This document shows, one piece after another, positions 60,301 to 64,000 of a stretch of DNA of 64,000 bases (position 1 is its first letter; every line of letters begins with the position of its first letter). The position numbers and the translations under genes were made by a program. The notes beneath the pieces were generated by a model, which saw only the letters and a list, made by a program, of their open reading frames with translations, was not told the origin of the DNA and did not search any database. The stretch is from Amoebidium appalachense (lineage: Eukaryota; Protista; Ichthyosporea): contig CAVNZM010000002.1 of assembly GCA_963693365.1 (NCBI GenBank), positions 10,224,328 through 10,288,327 of the forward strand, in the 5' to 3' direction.

Positions 60301-61773
60301 ATGCGTGTCTGTGTGCGTTCGTGTGCTTTCGTGTGCTTGCGCGTTGTAGTGCAAATGTATATATATGTGCACGTATTTTTACAAGTGTGTACTTTGTCAA
60401 GTGTGTGTACACACATGTCTGCCACGGTGGCCGTGTGCGTGTGGATGGTGCTTGCACTTCTGCAAATGAATTTCTGTGGTATTTGTGTTTTTCTTCCTGC
60501 CCCAAGTAAGTCTGGGATACTGTTAGTGCATACTGTGGTAGACAACAGATCTGCACATCTATGTTGAAACAAAGCGTAAACGACGGCAGTACGTAGGCGT
60601 TTCATTGTGTGTGGTGCCTTCTCTTGATTGAATGGGATCATAGGTTCTTTGGTGAATGTGTGACCCTTTTGGGGCTCCAGAAAACACCGCTTTGCAGCTG
60701 CGCTTATGGCATGACAGGGCCTGATCTGTTCTTCGGTGTAGCTACATAGAGTCCACTTATCAAGCTCACAATGCAACGACTTTCCCACCGGCATCATCTC
60801 GGTAATCTTTTCTTTTACAGAGAACAAACTCCTGTCCAGCACCACCGTATTTGAGAAGCTACCAGCCTCACCACCGACATCTCTCTGCCATGAAGGCATT
60901 TACTGAGCTGTGAAGGGCATTGGCTGGCAGTATTGTGGCCGGCACGATTGTGATCACAGCCAAGAGACAGGGTCCACACTCAACAGGCTACGTAATGAAT
61001 TCCAAAGAATAGGCAGGGCTGGATAAGTCTCTTGTTCACATTTATTTCTGTTCAATTGCCAAGGAGTTTGTTTTTAGCTTGGATATTTGCACATCATGCA
61101 CATGCAGCAATTGGATCATATCCGATGCCCGTCCAGTTGCAGGTGGCGCAAAACAAGCCACGCGTGTTCACTATTGAAGCTATACGCACACACAAGCAAA
61201 GACACCCAAGCACACCCCTGAGTATACACCAAGGTGGCGGTGACATGTACCAACACAACATGCGGTTTCATTTCCTCTTCTACATTAGGCGCCAATGCCA
61301 GCCCCATGGCCACACCAGAAAGACGGCGACGGATACCAAGAGCATGGAACGTACACGTACTGTGACGTACACTTGTCTCTTATCAAACAGCCAATCAGAA
61401 AAGGGAAAGCGATGCATTTTTACCCAGTCAGGGGGCAGCTAGTGAACCCCAGGGATTGTAAATTTTTGGCTACACAAATATATTTTATTTGGTCTGTAAT
61501 TTATGAAAAGGGGATTTTACTTTGAAATTATCAGCTGAGTCGCCGTAGCCCCTTGAGGAGTGTAAAATATCCCAATTACCTTTGGACAAAGGATGAGGTT
61601 GTGTAGCAAAAAATGACTATCGCTGCCAAAATATAACTATAATATTAGAAAATAACTAGTTTTAAATATTATCTAGAGAGGTTTTACCAACATTACAGAG
61701 GTATTTACGGCTACTTTAGAACATTGGGTGTCAGAAGATTTTGTCACGGTGCCAAGAATTTGCCTGCTAAGCA

Positions 61774-61803
61774 TGACGTCACAGTCTTCGGGGAGTATAT
61801 AAA
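61774..61803 (+). promoter_or_regulatory. CRE (TGACGTCA) plus TATA box upstream of the coiled-coil gene
   Basis: TGACGTCA at 61774-61781 and TATATAAA at 61796-61803, about 100 nt upstream of the ATG at 61897. Confidence 0.6.
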
Positions 61804-61896
61804 TCCATTTCCAAGCCGGCTTTTTCGTGCCAGTTTCTTTCTTCATCATTTTTCCTCTCTTCCTCACAAGCCACTTGTGTGTGGGCAGCATTCAAC

Positions 61897-63767
61897 ATGA
61901 AGCCATACACCGTAGCCGTTCTTGTGGCCGCTGCTGCTGTTTTTGCCAACGGTAAGTGTGCGTCGCTTTGTAGTTCTTGTGTGATTCCCAGGGATCTGTG
62001 CACGTCATTTTCGAATTCTCTGGGACTTTTGTACACGGAACCCTGTGGGAGTTCGTTTGGCATAGTGGTCCTTTTTTTTTGTGTAGCTTGAGAGAGAATA
62101 AACTTATTTATGATAAGAGTTATATGCATGGTGTATAGGCTGGAATCCTATGTGCATTTGCACCTACACTTGTTTCAGTTTTGCGAGGTTGGTAAGTGCT
62201 GCTCACTCACTGGGACTTTTGTACACGGAACCCTGTGGGAGTTCGTTTGGCATAGTGGTCCCTTTTTTTTGTGTAGCTTGAGAGAGAATAAACTTATTTA
62301 TGATAAGAGTTATATGCATGGTGTATAGGCTGGTATCTTATGTGCATTTGCACCTACACTTGTTTCAGTTTTGCGAGGTTGGTAAGTGCTGCTCACTCAC
62401 GACTATCCCTTTCCATCCGATTCGAGTCGGTCACCTTTTCTCCCCCTGTCCGCTTATTCCTGTTTTGTACCAATTCACTCCCCCGCCACCCTGTTTACCT
62501 TTGTGCACCCTTTTTTTTCCCTTCCCCTTGCACTCCCCCCCCCCCCCCCCCTCTCCCCCCCCCCACTCCCCCCTCCCCCTCTCTCTCTCTCCCTCTCCCC
62601 CCCCCCCCCCCCCTCCCCCCCTTCTATCTTTTCTTTTTTGATCGTTTTGTTCTTCAGGCAGGCTCTCAAACCTTCCCGTCGCAGGCAACAACGTCCAGCT
62701 CGAAAACGCAGCCGCAGCCGTTGAGTCTGTTGCTGCCGCGCCCGTAGCTGCCGTTCAGAAGGACCTCACGTCGTTCCTTCCTCACCTGGAAAAGATCTCC
62801 AAATTGAGAACAAAGATTGCCGCGCTTGAACTTTCCATCGCTCAGGTTCCCCTCGCTACCACCCCGGAGCCCGCCGCTGCGCCCGCTGCACCCGAGGCAG
62901 GGAAGAAAGGAAAGAAAGGGAAAAAAGAGGAGAAGAAGGAGGTGGTTGATAAGGTGAAGCTTGCAGCAAAGCTGGAAAAGAAAAAGGCCGAACTGGCACA
63001 GTTGGAGCAGACGGTGAAGACGGCGGGTGTTGATGTGGGGGCGGAGATAGCGAAGCTGGTGGGCAGTGCGGAGGAAAAGCTCAAGGTGAAGGAGGCAAAG
63101 GTGGCTATGAAAGAGGCGGCCAGGACCGTGGAGGAGGAACTGAGGTGTGTGCTGTTCTTTGGGGGGGGGGGGGGGGGGAGCTGAAGGCGGGAAGGGGGGG
63201 GGTTGAGAGGTGGGGGGAGGGGGGGGGGGACGATTCGGTTTTTTGTTTGTGCTGTTGATGGTTCTCGTGTCTAGATCTGCGTGTAGAGCTTTTGTGGTTT
63301 CTAAATGTTTACCGAGGGAAAGTCGGGGTGAAGGAGCAAGGGGGGGTTGGGGGGAGGGGAGGCTGTAGAACTTCGTGTTCTAAGGCATATTGTGTTTTAT
63401 GTTTTATGGATGAATGTTGTAATGCAGCTTCGTTGTGCTCTTCTCGTGCAAAGCCTTCTTGTTTTATCAATTGCTCAGCTTGCGTGTACCGTAATCATTT
63501 CCCAATCGCATCTCCCCTCGCATATCCCTGACTAACATCGTTTTTCTTTTTAATTTCAGGCAAGCGTGGGCCAGCAAGCTTGCAGCCGAAAACCGCACGG
63601 CATATGTGGAGCCCCTTCTGGGTGCCGTGGCAGGGCCCATTGAGTACACACAGGCAAAGATTGCAAAGCTGGAGGCTAAGCTCGAGGAGCAGAAATTCCG
63701 CCTAGCATATCTCCAGGAGAAGGAAAAGAAGGAGAAGGAGGCACAGGCAGCAGCACCTACTGCCTAG
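61897..63767 (+). CDS. Uncharacterised Ala/Lys/Glu-rich coiled-coil protein with hydrophobic N-terminus; 3 exons, ~249 aa
   Basis: Exons 61897-61951 (MKPYTVAVLVAAAAVFAN G|gtaagt), 62658-63144 and 63560-63767 (CTAAC branch site then tttcag; TAG stop); total 750 nt, in frame. Heptad-like segments KLAAKLEKKKAELAQLEQTV and QAKIAKLEAKLEEQKFRLAYLQE. Confidence 0.85.
62021..62400. repeat. 190-bp tandem duplication in intron 1 of the coiled-coil gene
   Basis: 62021-62210 vs 62211-62400, about 3 substitutions (e.g. tggaatccta vs tggtatctta). Confidence 0.93.
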
Positions 63768-64000
63768 TAGATATAAGCACGGTGTTAGGGATACATGGTG
63801 GTTGGATATTTGGATAGATCTTGGTGGTGGGATTTCTGGATATGTAAGGGTATTCAAGTGGATTAGAATCTAATACGGAGGGCAGAGAATGGCTGCTGTA
63901 ACGTAGACAGTAGTGTATGCAGGATGCAGGCATATTTGCCTATTTTTCTTTTTTCGCCTCTTGATATTTCTAGGCAGCACTACACTGCTGCATTTAAGAG

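Larger units (their letters stand above)
58726..60380. repeat. Near-identical ~825-bp tandem duplication (58726-59550 / 59551-60380)
   Basis: tgtactgttgcaactttc at 58726 and 59551. The copies differ by one substitution in the MITE (gccaaaagc vs gcaaaaagc) and in poly-G/(TG)n lengths. Confidence 0.93.

Noticed and set aside
62804-63767. Resemblance of the Lys/Glu-rich helices to the topoisomerase I linker/C-terminus
   Set aside because: No catalytic SKxNYxDPR motif or core domain; this is generic coiled-coil composition.

Overview
Eukaryotic, intron-rich genomic DNA whose introns and intergenic spaces are packed with (CA)n/(TG)n microsatellites and poly-C/poly-G runs, so most of the supplied ORF track (poly-HT/VC/P/G) is noise. 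A Nedd4-type HECT ligase alongside a polo kinase suggests an opisthokont, perhaps a unicellular holozoan such as an ichthyosporean; this is inference only. Manual splicing (GT-AG sites, phase-checked) gives six genes. (1) An intronless, frame-disrupted CRAL-TRIO/Sec14 gene (+, ~1168-2145). (2) An intronless LHT-like amino-acid transporter (-, 4384-5796). (3) A 31-exon HECT E3 ligase (-, 11446-35706, ~1028 aa) with the unusual architecture C1-C2-FN3-CCCH zinc finger-UIM-like-HECT and no WW domains. (4) A 17-exon polo-like kinase head-to-head with it (+, 37458-47432, ~826 aa). (5) An 8-exon type-I membrane protein (+, 49691-58059, ~793 aa) with a beta-helix cap, zona-pellucida-like regions and a furin-type site. 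(6) A 3-exon coiled-coil protein with a hydrophobic N-terminus (+, 61897-63767). There is also a tandemly duplicated 425-bp foldback-type MITE with a 6-bp target-site duplication. The best leads are the ligase architecture, the ZP-like protein, and introns whose ends carry mutually complementary simple repeats in place of polypyrimidine tracts. All domain calls are by-eye motif recognition; no searches were run.
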